This document shows, piece by piece, positions 1 to 10,031 of a stretch of DNA of 64,000 nt. The position numbers were made by a program, and so were the translations under genes. The stretch's first letter is position 1; each line of letters starts with the position of its first letter. Source of the DNA: Minisyncoccia bacterium. Lineage in GTDB: Bacteria; Patescibacteriota; Minisyncoccia; SW-4-49-11. The stretch lies in NCBI GenBank assembly GCA_044341565.1, contig JBIIRM010000004.1:8764-72763 (forward strand). Direction: 5' to 3'. The notes under the pieces were generated by a model. The model searched no databases. It had not been told where the DNA came from and saw nothing but the letters and a program-made list of their open reading frames with translations.

Positions 1-1
1 G

Positions 2-607
2 AGAGTTATTGGGTCACTTTCAATATCGATAATAATCTTTACTCTTATTTTAAAGGCAAGTACATTATTAATTGATATCCCACAGAGTTTTTGGAATTAT
101 TTTTCAGGAATTGTCCTAATTATTCTCGGTATTGTTACGGTATTCCCAGATATTTGGGCTAAAATTCCATTAATAGAAAAGTTACATACAAGCTCTAATA
201 AAACTCTTGGTTCAGGGTATACTAAAAATAATGCTTGGGGAGATTTTATTGTAGGGTTTTCTCTAGGACCGGTATTTAGTACTTGTAGTCCAACATATTT
301 ATTTATTTTGGCGACGGTATTACCAGCCAGCTTGGGTGAGGGATTATTTTATTTGATTGGATTTACGGCTGGGCTAGCATTATCTCTCTTAGTAATTGCA
401 TATTTAGGGCAACAAATTACCAATAAAGTTTCTACTAATCAAAAAGCTACAGATAGAATAAAGAAAGTTTTTGGGATATTATTTATTATTGTAGGTGTTA
501 TGATTATGACTGGCTATGATAAAAAGTTTGAAACTTGGATTCTTGACTCTGGATATGGTGCTACCATTCAATTTGAAGAAAATTTGATTCAAAGAGTTAC
601 TAATTAA
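2..607 (+). CDS. CcdA/DsbD-like cytochrome c biogenesis membrane protein (5' partial)
   Basis: Frame open from position 2 (RVIGSLSISIIIFTL...GFSLGPVFSTCSPTYLFILATVLP), so it extends upstream of the ORF-track call; multiple TM segments; followed by msrB. Confidence 0.75.
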   Translation, partial: RVIGSLSISIIIFTLILKASTLLIDIPQSFWNYFSGIVLIILGIVTVFPDIWAKIPLIEKLHTSSNKTLGSGYTKNNAWGDFIVGFSLGPVFSTCSPTYLFILATVLPASLGEGLFYLIGFTAGLALSLLVIAYLGQQITNKVSTNQKATDRIKKVFGILFIIVGVMIMTGYDKKFETWILDSGYGATIQFEENLIQRVTN

Positions 608-619
608 TTCTATACATAT

Positions 620-1045
620 ATGACATCAGATGATTTGAAAGCAAAATTAACTCCAATACAATATACGGTCACTCAAGAGGATGGTACAGAAGCTCCATTT
701 GAGAATGAATATTATAATAATAAAAGAGATGGTATTTATGTAGATATTGTCTCTGGGGAACCTTTATTCTCTTCTCGAGATAAATATGATTCAGGTACAG
801 GTTGGCCATCTTATACCAAGCCAATTAAAGATAATGCGGTGATTACCAAAGAGGATAACAAATTATTCCAAACAAGAATTGAGGTGAGATCAAAAAATGC
901 TAATTCTCATCTTGGACATGTATTCGATGATGGTCCTCAAGATAAAGGGGGAAAGAGATATTGTCTCAATTCCGCCTCTCTACGATTTATTCCAAAAGAA
1001 GATATGGAGCGTGAAGGTTATGGAGAATATTTAGATCAAGTATAA
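620..1045 (+). CDS. msrB: Peptide-methionine (R)-S-oxide reductase
   Basis: Motifs [33 protein letters not shown]. Confidence 0.97.
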   Translation: MTSDDLKAKLTPIQYTVTQEDGTEAPFENEYYNNKRDGIYVDIVSGEPLFSSRDKYDSGTGWPSYTKPIKDNAVITKEDNKLFQTRIEVRSKNANSHLGHVFDDGPQDKGGKRYCLNSASLRFIPKEDMEREGYGEYLDQV

Positions 1046-1046
1046 T

Positions 1047-1775
1047 TTATTGACCTTGAATAATTCCAATATTGAGTTTTTTTGCTAAATCATATAAATT
1101 TTGATTTATTTCTTGTGCTCTTTGAGAAGAGGCTAAATATTCTTGAGATACCATAACCCCTTTCCAAGGGCGATATTTGAATTGCGCTAAGCGAAGGGGA
1201 GTAGGATTCATAAGACTAATATATACCACAATATCTGCTTGTAATGATTGTATGAATGTGACAGCCTTTTGTATAGTCGGTATATCTATACCAATTTGTA
1301 AATAGACGCTAGATATGAGACCGGTTTTAATTTTATCTTGGAGCAATTGATTTTCTTGCTCTAATTCTTCACCCGAGAGGAATGGATTATAGGCAATAGC
1401 AATATGAGGATAATTATCCTGATAATGGTTTTGTATATATGATAATATATCAAGAGTGGTATATTTGGGTTTGGGGACTCCACTAATAAGTAAAGTTTCA
1501 GGTATATGTAAGGATTCTAATTGTTCTAAGAGAGATAAGAATTCCTGGGCTGTCTCATCAAGAGTTTTTGCTTGATGAAATTTGAGAGAATAATAGGGGA
1601 TAATGGTGAGCTTGGGGTTAATACTCTGAATTTGATTAATAGTATCTAATATAGATATACTCTTGGATTTATTGGGCAGAGATATAGTGGCAATGTCTAA
1701 ATCAATTAATTGAGATTGTAATCTTGGCTCCAATTCTTGATTTTTGAGAACTATTTCATGGATCAGATTCATCAT
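1047..1775 (-). CDS. Hypothetical protein, possible MTHFR-like (FAD-linked TIM barrel) fold
   Basis: 242-aa ORF; LLISG, IAYNP, K-I-x-x-G...VYLQ pattern resembles methylenetetrahydrofolate reductase-like proteins. Confidence 0.45.
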   Translation of the reverse strand: MMNLIHEIVLKNQELEPRLQSQLIDLDIATISLPNKSKSISILDTINQIQSINPKLTIIPYYSLKFHQAKTLDETAQEFLSLLEQLESLHIPETLLISGVPKPKYTTLDILSYIQNHYQDNYPHIAIAYNPFLSGEELEQENQLLQDKIKTGLISSVYLQIGIDIPTIQKAVTFIQSLQADIVVYISLMNPTPLRLAQFKYRPWKGVMVSQEYLASSQRAQEINQNLYDLAKKLNIGIIQGQ

Positions 1776-1776
1776 A

Positions 1777-2202
1777 TTAAGTCAATATAATGCGAGGTAT
1801 GTGCTCTTGTAACCAGGCAATAAAATTATCTGGGCAAGGCATTACAGAAAGGCGACTATGTTTGACCAAAAGGAAATCATCAAAAAGATGAGATTGTTTA
1901 ATGGTATCAAGGCTAATTTGCTCCTCAGGATTGAATTTGGTAATAAACTCTAATTTGGCAGCCCAACTAAAGCGACTATCGGCAAGATTTTGATAAGGTT
2001 CTTCTTTTACCTGACCAATTCCAACAATACGGCGTTCTTTAACTGAATGATAAATTAATACATAATCTCCCACTTGCCAAGTTTTAATTACATTAATAGC
2101 TTGATAATTATGTACCCCATCCCAAAGAGTAATATGCTCTTTTTCAAAATCAGTAATAGAAAAGGTTGAAGGTTCGGTTTTTGCGAGGAATATGTGAGGC
2201 AT
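1777..2202 (-). CDS. EVE domain (PUA-like) protein
   Basis: LAKTEPSTFS, WDGVHNYQA, GDYVLIYHS, SRLSVMP. Confidence 0.92.
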   Translation of the reverse strand: MPHIFLAKTEPSTFSITDFEKEHITLWDGVHNYQAINVIKTWQVGDYVLIYHSVKERRIVGIGQVKEEPYQNLADSRFSWAAKLEFITKFNPEEQISLDTIKQSHLFDDFLLVKHSRLSVMPCPDNFIAWLQEHIPRIILT

Positions 2203-2253
2203 ACAGGTAAATCTATTTTATTCAGTATAGCATAATATGATATACTAATATAT

Positions 2254-2679
2254 ATGAAATTAGAATTCAAACAACTTCATCCTGATGCAAAATTGCCAAG
2301 CTATGGGCATAACACAGATGCAGGTATGGATTTGTATACGCTTGAGGAAATAATATTTCAACCAGGAGAGCAAAAAATTATTCCGACGGGTCTTGCTATG
2401 AATTTACCGGTAGGATATGCGGCTTTGGTTTGGGATAAAGGAAGTATTGGTTTTAATAAGGGGCTAAAAAGTCTAGGTGGAGTTTTTGATGCTGGGTATA
2501 TAGGGGAAATAAAAATATCCCTCATTAATTTATCTCAAGAAGTACAAATAATAGAAAAAGGAGCAAAATGTGCTCAATTGTTAGTACAAAGAGTGGAATA
2601 TTGTGATATTGAATTCACGGATACCTTAATTGATTCTTCTCGAGGAGAGGGTGGTTTTGGAAGTACTGGTAAATTTTGA
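2254..2679 (+). CDS. dut: dUTP diphosphatase
   Basis: DAGMDL, GVFDAGYIGEI, AQLLV, RGEGGFGSTG; ends in TGA. Confidence 0.96.
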   Translation: MKLEFKQLHPDAKLPSYGHNTDAGMDLYTLEEIIFQPGEQKIIPTGLAMNLPVGYAALVWDKGSIGFNKGLKSLGGVFDAGYIGEIKISLINLSQEVQIIEKGAKCAQLLVQRVEYCDIEFTDTLIDSSRGEGGFGSTGKF

Positions 2680-2743
2680 TATAATTTGACAAATATAAAT
2701 TATTCTATGTATACTAAATATATACATCTCTGTGGAGATTTGT

Positions 2744-2863
2744 ATGGACAAAACAAAGAACACTCAGTCTAGTGATTATCAAGTAGCTTGGGTTCTCATT
2801 GGATTCCTATTTGGAATATCGCTATTGATCTTTCTCAGACTATTACAAAAAGGGATTTGGTGA
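2744..2863 (+). CDS. Small (39 aa) single-pass membrane protein, not in ORF track
   Basis: MDKTKNTQSSDYQVAWVLIGFLFGISLLIFLRLLQKGIW; GGAG RBS at 2734; TTGACA (2686) / TATACT (2710) promoter; hairpin + T-run downstream. Confidence 0.6.
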   Translation: MDKTKNTQSSDYQVAWVLIGFLFGISLLIFLRLLQKGIW

Positions 2864-2887
2864 TATATTGATCCCAGCATTATATTG

Positions 2888-2915
2888 AGGAGCTCCCCAG
2901 AGCCCCTCTTTTTTT
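2888..2915 (+). terminator. Putative intrinsic terminator
   Basis: GAGGAGCTC-ccca-GAGCCCCTC followed by a T-run. Confidence 0.55.
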
Positions 2916-3001
2916 GTGGATAACTATTATTGACATAATATATAGAATATATTATAAGTCTTTGATATACTATATAAGTACATTTTATCTTGGAGGGCCA
3001 T

Positions 3002-3283
3002 GTGACAGCAACGGGTGTAGTTATAAATAGAAAAATAGGTAACAGTGTTGCCTGGGGCAAGTTCTTTGCTCCTGTTGTAAACTTCGTAAAAACAGCACTC
3101 GAAATCATAGCTGCTCTTTTTGGGGCCTATGCTATGGTTATACGTAATTTAATTCTCTTGCTTCGGAAAGATGCTCGTCTCTTTCTGTGGATGGGAGGAT
3201 TCTATTTCGCCTACCTGCTGCTATACAAGTTTGCAGGCCCCTACCTTGTGGCTGCTAGTCTCAGGAGTAGGTATTCCATTTGA
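3002..3283 (+). CDS. Hypothetical membrane protein (GTG start)
   Basis: GGAGG RBS at 2992; TTGACA-17-TATAAG promoter at 2930-2958; two hydrophobic segments. Confidence 0.55.
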   Translation: MTATGVVINRKIGNSVAWGKFFAPVVNFVKTALEIIAALFGAYAMVIRNLILLLRKDARLFLWMGGFYFAYLLLYKFAGPYLVAASLRSRYSI

Positions 3284-3358
3284 GGAATCTCTTCAATGCC
3301 ATCGAATACACAAACAAGTCAATCATTTGGAGGTCTCTTGAATTTCAAGTAGGCCTCT

Positions 3359-4837
3359 TTATTTTTGCTGAGAGTATAAATATTTAGCTTGCTTATAGCG
3401 TAATATTGCTAATTGTCTAGCCTTACTATGTTCAATAATTGGTATGAGTGGGGGAATATAATTTTCTCCAAGCCATTTTGACTGATATCTTCCCTTAGGA
3501 TCATAATTCTCAGCTTGAAGATAAGGATTAAAAATTCGTATTGGTTTGGGATCAGCTCCAACTGAAGCTCCCCATTGCCAACCTCCATTATTAGAAGCCT
3601 CATCTAAGTCTATGAGAGTTGCTCGGAAATATTCTTGTCCCCATCGCCAATCAATTCCAAGATGTTTGGTTAATATACTCGCTACAATCATACGAGATCG
3701 ATTATGCATCCATCCAGTTTGAGTTAATTGCCTCATAGCAGCATCTACAATGGAGTAACCGGTTTCTCCTTTAATCCAAGAAAGGAATCTTTGCTGAGCT
3801 TTTTCTCCTGATATCCAATCAATAGTATTACGAAATTGTGACTGAAATTCTGTATTAAGTAATTCGGGTTGATGATAGAGTAAATAGGCATAAAATTCTC
3901 TCCAAATAAGCTCGGAGATATATATAGTAGCTCCTGGAAATTGATTATCTATTAGGGCAGATTCTAGGCTATTATTAATATGTTTTTGTATCATTTGTCT
4001 GAGTATTCTACCGGAGACAAATCCCCAGGCAAGAGCTAAACTCATTTTGGAGGTTTTGCCATTATCAATGGTGTCAAGTTCCAGAGAATCACGATTGAGA
4101 TGATAATTATCTAGATACCCTGACTCAAGAAAAATTTGGAATGACTTTAAAGCCTCAGCTTCAGAATAATACCAAAGGGATAAATCAGGGGTCGGTATAT
4201 ATTGAGTCAAATCATATACTGTATCACCAATTAATATATCTCTATTGGATGAGAATTCTTGCTGTATAGCATTGGTATTAGATTCTATATAATTCCAGCC
4301 AGGTATACTATCTTGATATGATACAGATTGAAGGTCAGGTTTGGGATAGGCTTCAGTATTCAAGAATTCTTGCCAAATAGATTTTTTAAAAGGGGTGAAT
4401 ACAGAATACAAATTCCCATTTTGACTACGAGTATTACTATCAATACTTAGTCTATCTGAATAGAGGTGTATAGTAATTCCAGCATCTTTAATCTTTTGTA
4501 ATTGCTTAGTAAAATCAGGATATATATCATGATTGACATATACTTGAATATCATAGGATTTGCTAAGCTCAATAATGGACTGCGCACCTTTACCCTTAAT
4601 TAAATGAAATTGAGGGAATCGTTGTATGAATTGGGGTAAAGCCTGACTTAATATATGTCTTTGTGCATAGCCAAATTGAGCTTGGGTTTTAGCTTCCAGC
4701 ATATAGTTTTCCAATATAAAAATAGGAGCAAAAAGAATATTATGTTCTTTTGCAGTATTAATAGCGTGATATAATGCAGAATTATCAGTAAGCCGCAAAT
4801 CACGCCGAGCCCAATATACAATAAGAGATATTTTCAT
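3359..4837 (-). CDS. phrB: Deoxyribodipyrimidine photolyase (class I CPD/cryptochrome family)
   Basis: WARRDLRLTDN, ELIWREFY, TGWMHNRSRMIVAS, DLDEASNNGGWQW, RIFNP. Confidence 0.95.
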   Translation of the reverse strand: MKISLIVYWARRDLRLTDNSALYHAINTAKEHNILFAPIFILENYMLEAKTQAQFGYAQRHILSQALPQFIQRFPQFHLIKGKGAQSIIELSKSYDIQVYVNHDIYPDFTKQLQKIKDAGITIHLYSDRLSIDSNTRSQNGNLYSVFTPFKKSIWQEFLNTEAYPKPDLQSVSYQDSIPGWNYIESNTNAIQQEFSSNRDILIGDTVYDLTQYIPTPDLSLWYYSEAEALKSFQIFLESGYLDNYHLNRDSLELDTIDNGKTSKMSLALAWGFVSGRILRQMIQKHINNSLESALIDNQFPGATIYISELIWREFYAYLLYHQPELLNTEFQSQFRNTIDWISGEKAQQRFLSWIKGETGYSIVDAAMRQLTQTGWMHNRSRMIVASILTKHLGIDWRWGQEYFRATLIDLDEASNNGGWQWGASVGADPKPIRIFNPYLQAENYDPKGRYQSKWLGENYIPPLIPIIEHSKARQLAILRYKQAKYLYSQQK

Positions 4838-4914
4838 ATAGATTAGTATATCATATATTGCCTAATAATCAGTATTATGGTATTCTAATGCTAAGGTTAA
4901 ATATAGTATTCACT

Positions 4915-6645
4915 ATGAAAATTATTCAGCAGTTTTTTGAATATTTTGAGGCCAAAGGACATATAAGGGTACAATCATCATCATTATTACCGGAAGGGGA
5001 TAATTCAGTTTTATTTACTACAGCTGGTATGCAACAATTTAAACCCTATTATCTTGGGAGATTATCTCCTTATGGAAATAGGGTGATTAGTGTACAAAAA
5101 TGTTTGAGAGTAGATGATATTGATGAGGTGGGGGATGATACGCATAATACCTTTTTTGAAATGTTAGGGAATTTTTCTTTTCATTATCCGAATGGGGAGG
5201 GGAGTTATTTTAAGCAAGAGGCTATCAAATTAGGATATGAGTTTATTGCCGAGGAATTAGGGATGGCAATTGACTATGTAACGATTTTTACAGGGGACGA
5301 GAAAAGCTCAAAAGATACCGAGGCTCTTGCTATATGGAAACAATTAGCTGAGGATAAGGGAATAACATTAGAGATTAAGGAACTTGGAAGAGGGGATAAT
5401 TTTTGGGGACCTACGGGTGCTGAGGGACCTTGTGGTCCTACTACGGAGATTTTTGTAAATGGTGTAGAGGTATGGAATATTGTATTTAATCAATATTATG
5501 CAGGAATAGATGGAAGCCTAAAAGAATTAGAACAGCAAGGTGTAGATACCGGTGGTGGCTTGGAGCGTATAATTACTCAAAGTGAAGGGGTTAAATCAGT
5601 ATATGAGACCCAAGTATTTGCTCTAATTCTGGAGAATATTCGGAATCAATTTCCTCATCAATCAGAAGAAATATATCGTATATTATTTGATCATATTCGA
5701 GCCAGTATTTTCCTTTTAGCTGAAGGAGTGGTGCCATCCAATAAAGAACAAGGATATATATTGAGACGATTATTACGCAAAGTATTAAGTCTTATTTCAT
5801 CTTATGATAAACCTCTAGAATTAGTATTTAATACTATTGAGGATATTATTGTAGTTTATCAAGAAAGATATCCTGAGCTTATTATTGCAAAGGATAGTAT
5901 TATTCATAGTATTCAAGGGGAATATGCATTATTTAGTGAATCAGTATCAAGAGGTATGCGATATGCCGATAAAATATTAAAGAAAAAACGTATTCCTCAT
6001 ATGTCAGGAGAAGAGGCTTTTCTATTAGCTTCGACATATGGTTTATCTCCAGAAGTATTAAAATTACAAGGCTTGTCTTTTGATGAGCAAGATTTTGAGA
6101 ATTATAAAGCAGAACATCAGAATATTTCTCGAGCTGGAGCTACCAAAAAATTTGGTGGGCATGGATTAATTCTCGATAATGGGGAGATTAAAGCCGCCAA
6201 TGACGAAGAATTAGCTATTGTAACCCGTCTGCATAGTGCTACCCATCTTTTGAATAAGGCTTTGCGAGATATATTGGGGGAGGGAGTAGAACAGCGAGGT
6301 TCAGATATTACGGCTGAGCGTACACGATTTGATTTTAGTTTTGAGAGAAAATTAACTCCTGAGGAAATACAGGCTGTAGAAAATAAAGTGAATGAATATA
6401 TTCAAACTGGAGTGGATGTCAGTATTACTCCTATGTCTCTTGATGAGGCAAAAAAGTCTGGAGCTTTATACTTAAGTAATCGTAATTATCCAGAACAGGT
6501 AGATGTATATAGTTTTGGGGATATTTCAAAAGAATTATGTGGGGGCCCACATATTCATAATACTCGAGAAATAGGTCAATTTAAAATTAAAAAAGAAGAG
6601 GCTGTTGCTCGAGGCATACGCCGTATTCGTGGTATAATAGAATAA
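4915..6645 (+). CDS. alaS: Alanine--tRNA ligase, short form lacking the C-Ala domain
   Basis: LFTTAGMQQFK, HNTFFEMLGNFSF, DTGGGLER, editing HSATH and ELCGGPH; likely start MKIIQQ at 4915. Confidence 0.95.
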   Translation: MKIIQQFFEYFEAKGHIRVQSSSLLPEGDNSVLFTTAGMQQFKPYYLGRLSPYGNRVISVQKCLRVDDIDEVGDDTHNTFFEMLGNFSFHYPNGEGSYFKQEAIKLGYEFIAEELGMAIDYVTIFTGDEKSSKDTEALAIWKQLAEDKGITLEIKELGRGDNFWGPTGAEGPCGPTTEIFVNGVEVWNIVFNQYYAGIDGSLKELEQQGVDTGGGLERIITQSEGVKSVYETQVFALILENIRNQFPHQSEEIYRILFDHIRASIFLLAEGVVPSNKEQGYILRRLLRKVLSLISSYDKPLELVFNTIEDIIVVYQERYPELIIAKDSIIHSIQGEYALFSESVSRGMRYADKILKKKRIPHMSGEEAFLLASTYGLSPEVLKLQGLSFDEQDFENYKAEHQNISRAGATKKFGGHGLILDNGEIKAANDEELAIVTRLHSATHLLNKALRDILGEGVEQRGSDITAERTRFDFSFERKLTPEEIQAVENKVNEYIQTGVDVSITPMSLDEAKKSGALYLSNRNYPEQVDVYSFGDISKELCGGPHIHNTREIGQFKIKKEEAVARGIRRIRGIIE

Positions 6646-6646
6646 T

Positions 6647-7255
6647 ATGAAAACAAAACGAGATATATTACTTCGCAAATCTCTCCATCTAGGACTTATA
6701 CTTCCTTTTGCTGTGTATTGGTATATATCTGCTCAGACTTTTATCGATGCAGAGTTATATGCTAAAGGATTTTTAGCTGTCTTTGTAATAGGATTCTTGA
6801 TATATGAATATTTGCGACTAGATACTCGATTTTGGGTTCCATTTGCGAGTTTAGTAAAGCCAAAAGAGCAAAATACCAATGTAGATGGGCTGAATTTGGT
6901 TTTAGCCGCTATTGTGGCGACAGCCCTTTTTGATCCGAGAGTTTCTCTCACCGCAATATTAATTGCCATTATTGGGGATACATTTTCTACAATTGGAGGA
7001 ATTTATGGTACAATGAGAGTATTCCCAGAGACAGAAAATAAAACCACTTGGGAAGGTATATTATTAGCTCTTATTGCAAATTTTGCAATAGCAAGTAGTA
7101 TTTGGGGATTTAGTATTATTTCACTTATATTAGCTTTAACTGGGGTAATTATTGAAACCTTTGCCTCTAAGCTCGATGATAATTTGGCAATTCCCTTGGG
7201 AGTGGGATTCGTAGGACAAGTGATTTGGCTTATAGTACAATATTATCCAAAATAA
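6647..7255 (+). CDS. Phytol/dolichol kinase-like (CTP_transf family) membrane protein
   Basis: RKSLH, GDTFSTIGG, KTTWEG, DDNLAIP. Confidence 0.8.
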   Translation: MKTKRDILLRKSLHLGLILPFAVYWYISAQTFIDAELYAKGFLAVFVIGFLIYEYLRLDTRFWVPFASLVKPKEQNTNVDGLNLVLAAIVATALFDPRVSLTAILIAIIGDTFSTIGGIYGTMRVFPETENKTTWEGILLALIANFAIASSIWGFSIISLILALTGVIIETFASKLDDNLAIPLGVGFVGQVIWLIVQYYPK

Positions 7256-7266
7256 ATAATAATACC

Positions 7267-8469
7267 ATGTTTGGTAAAAAAACAGCATCTGAACCTCTTA
7301 TCATAGATATCTCTGAGAATAGAGTGACGGTAATTGATTATACTGTTGATGACAAGACAGGAAATACTTTGATTCATGGTATTGGCCAAACTCAATTACC
7401 TTTTGGAGTAGTGAATACCAATATTATTGAACAAGAAACAGTATTAATACAAGCAATAGAAAATGCTCGACTTGAAGCTGAGACAAGTAATGATGAGATA
7501 AAAACAGGAACAATATTGGGGGTTTCAGGACCATTGGTAGAAATTAAAGACCGTATTGCTGAGATAAATCGTGATAAACCTAACAAAAGTATTAAGTCAA
7601 AAGAATGGATTAATACCATTGATGATATATATGTTCAATTTGATGCAGAGTCTTATGCCACTTCTCAGGGACATAAGCTTCCTTTATCTTTGGTACAGAT
7701 TTCATTAAATGATATTAGGCTAGACGGTGTTGAGACTTTATCCCCAATTGATGAAAAGGCTCAAACGATAACTTTAGAGACACTGAACACCTATATTCCA
7801 ACTTCCTATAAACAATCATTAGTCAATATAGAAAAAAGTATTGGATTAACTATTGAAGGAGTATATCAGCATGGATATGCCGTAGGGCAGCTTATATTAG
7901 ATTATAATAGAAGTAGAGATATAGCGGTTATATTAGTAGATATTCGATTTGGACATACTACTATTAGTATTGTTCAGAATCAAAAAATCAAATATATACA
8001 GTCATTTAGTATGGGGAGTCATAGTTTTACTCAAGCTATTGCCAATACCTTCCAAATCACTATTGATGAGGCAGAAACTGTTCGTCAGGAATATAGCCGA
8101 TTACAATTACCAAGAGATATGTCTCGTCGTATTACGGATGCTCTTGAACCAGAAATATCTCTTTGGTTGCAGGGAATTATTTTAAGCCTACAGGAAGCTC
8201 AACTAGAAAATCTCCCACCATATGTATTATTATATGGCGAGGGAGCTCAATTATTAGGTATAAAAGAGGCTCTTGAATATAGTAATTGGTATAAATCACT
8301 TAATAGTACTGTTAAGCCAGGAGTGTCAATTCTTACACCAAAGCAATTCCCTCATATTATTGATATGACAAGTAAAATAGAAAATGCCCGCTATATTGAT
8401 ATTCTTGGCCTTATACATGCCGCCAATATTCCTACAGATATTCATCTCCCATATCGTTTAAGTGAATAA
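7267..8469 (+). CDS. FtsA-like actin-fold protein (divergent)
   Basis: IIDIS, VDIRFGHT, MGSHSFTQAIA...AETVR, LLYGEGAQL match the FtsA layout with degenerate motifs; start MFGKK. Confidence 0.7.
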   Translation: MFGKKTASEPLIIDISENRVTVIDYTVDDKTGNTLIHGIGQTQLPFGVVNTNIIEQETVLIQAIENARLEAETSNDEIKTGTILGVSGPLVEIKDRIAEINRDKPNKSIKSKEWINTIDDIYVQFDAESYATSQGHKLPLSLVQISLNDIRLDGVETLSPIDEKAQTITLETLNTYIPTSYKQSLVNIEKSIGLTIEGVYQHGYAVGQLILDYNRSRDIAVILVDIRFGHTTISIVQNQKIKYIQSFSMGSHSFTQAIANTFQITIDEAETVRQEYSRLQLPRDMSRRITDALEPEISLWLQGIILSLQEAQLENLPPYVLLYGEGAQLLGIKEALEYSNWYKSLNSTVKPGVSILTPKQFPHIIDMTSKIENARYIDILGLIHAANIPTDIHLPYRLSE

Positions 8470-8475
8470 ATCACT

Positions 8476-10029
8476 ATGAAAAACACAGCTTCAAAACCAC
8501 TTATATTAAATCCAAAAGACGGTATTTCAGATATTGTATATCAAATTAAAAGTGATGCAGTAAAAGGCGGAAAAGTTTTGATTTATATACCAGATAATAT
8601 GGATATATTATATAATCCTGTAAATAGGGGGTTATTTGTACATACCATTAAGCAATTAATTGCTCAATATGATATAGAATTATTTAGTGCAGATAATGAA
8701 TTAGTATCTCTATTAACTACAAGCAATATACCTATTACTACTTCTGATACTATTCCTAATACTACATCACAAAGGACAGGTATAGAAAATGACCCCTATA
8801 CTGATTTTTTTGGATATCAATTGAATCAAAAAAACCAAAACTCTATACCTGAATCAAGTACTGAAGCAGTATTTCATCCGGAACCTGCCAATCCACAACC
8901 ATTACCAAAGAAAAAATCAGATGGACCTTCCTGGAAATTTTTATTGGCAGGAATGATTGTCGTGACAATAATTCTTGTGGCCGTAGCAGCTATACTTATT
9001 CCAAGAGCAGATATTACTATTACTACAAAACTGGAATCATTATCTAAAGATTTTGATATTACTTTTGATCCTGGTATTACTGATATGAGTATTGAGAATA
9101 AAGCTATACCATCCATTACAGATACTATTAGTGCTTCTGTAGAAGGAACATATGAAGGAACTGGGTCACAAGCTGGAGGTACAAAAGCAAATGGGACTAT
9201 TACCATTAAAAATGAAACTTCTGCCTCACAATCATTGGTTGCAAATACTCGATTTCTTTCAGCAAAAGGAAAACAATTCCGGCTTGTAGATGCCGTTACA
9301 GTTCCTGCAAAAGGTTCTGTATCAGGGAAAATTATAGCTGATAATCCAGGAGAAGAATATAATATACCAGCAGGAAAATTAACTATTCCAGGATTTGATG
9401 ATAATCCAACTAAATTAGCAGCCATTTATGGGGAATTAGGCGTGGCCATTAATAATGGAGCTAGTGAAGATGGAATTATTGTTACAGAACAAGATATAGA
9501 AAAGGCCAGATTAGATTTACAAAAAAAGCTTACGGAAGTAGTTAATAAACAAGTTAGTGAAAGACAAGATACTAGGGCCTTGGTGATACAGACTAAACTC
9601 AATGATATACAATATACGGGATTACCAAATGTTGGAGATAGAGTAAGAAGCTTTACGGTAAAAGCCTCGGGTAATCTGCAGGGAGTATTCTATAAAGAAG
9701 AAGATTTAGACAAATTAATAAAATCTTTATTGGCCTCACAAGTTATTGATTCAAGAGAATTGGGATCTGATATTAAAATTAACTTTGACCCTCCACAGGA
9801 ATTTCCAAATAAACAAGCAGCAAAAGCAAGAGTATATGTAGACTATTCTCTACAACCAAAATTTGATGAGGGGGATATATCTCGCAATATAAGGTTTAAA
9901 ACCATATCTCAAGCACAGGATTATCTCAAGGGTCTCGATAATGTAGATTCAGCTGATCTTAAATTAATTCCAGGATTTAGTCCTGTATTGCCAGCCCTCA
10001 CATCACGTATCCGTATTATTATCAAATAA
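8476..10029 (+). CDS. Membrane-anchored baseplate J/gp47-like domain protein (CPR type)
   Basis: N-terminal cytoplasmic domain, TM, then KANGTITIKN...LVANTRF...IIADNPGEEYNIPAG...VTEQDIEKA. Confidence 0.75.
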   Translation: MKNTASKPLILNPKDGISDIVYQIKSDAVKGGKVLIYIPDNMDILYNPVNRGLFVHTIKQLIAQYDIELFSADNELVSLLTTSNIPITTSDTIPNTTSQRTGIENDPYTDFFGYQLNQKNQNSIPESSTEAVFHPEPANPQPLPKKKSDGPSWKFLLAGMIVVTIILVAVAAILIPRADITITTKLESLSKDFDITFDPGITDMSIENKAIPSITDTISASVEGTYEGTGSQAGGTKANGTITIKNETSASQSLVANTRFLSAKGKQFRLVDAVTVPAKGSVSGKIIADNPGEEYNIPAGKLTIPGFDDNPTKLAAIYGELGVAINNGASEDGIIVTEQDIEKARLDLQKKLTEVVNKQVSERQDTRALVIQTKLNDIQYTGLPNVGDRVRSFTVKASGNLQGVFYKEEDLDKLIKSLLASQVIDSRELGSDIKINFDPPQEFPNKQAAKARVYVDYSLQPKFDEGDISRNIRFKTISQAQDYLKGLDNVDSADLKLIPGFSPVLPALTSRIRIIIK

Positions 10030-10031
10030 AT

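Noticed and set aside
8476-10029. Prophage or contractile injection system suggested by the baseplate-J-like gene
   Set aside because: No other tail, sheath, capsid or terminase genes; the gene has a TM anchor and sits in a housekeeping operon
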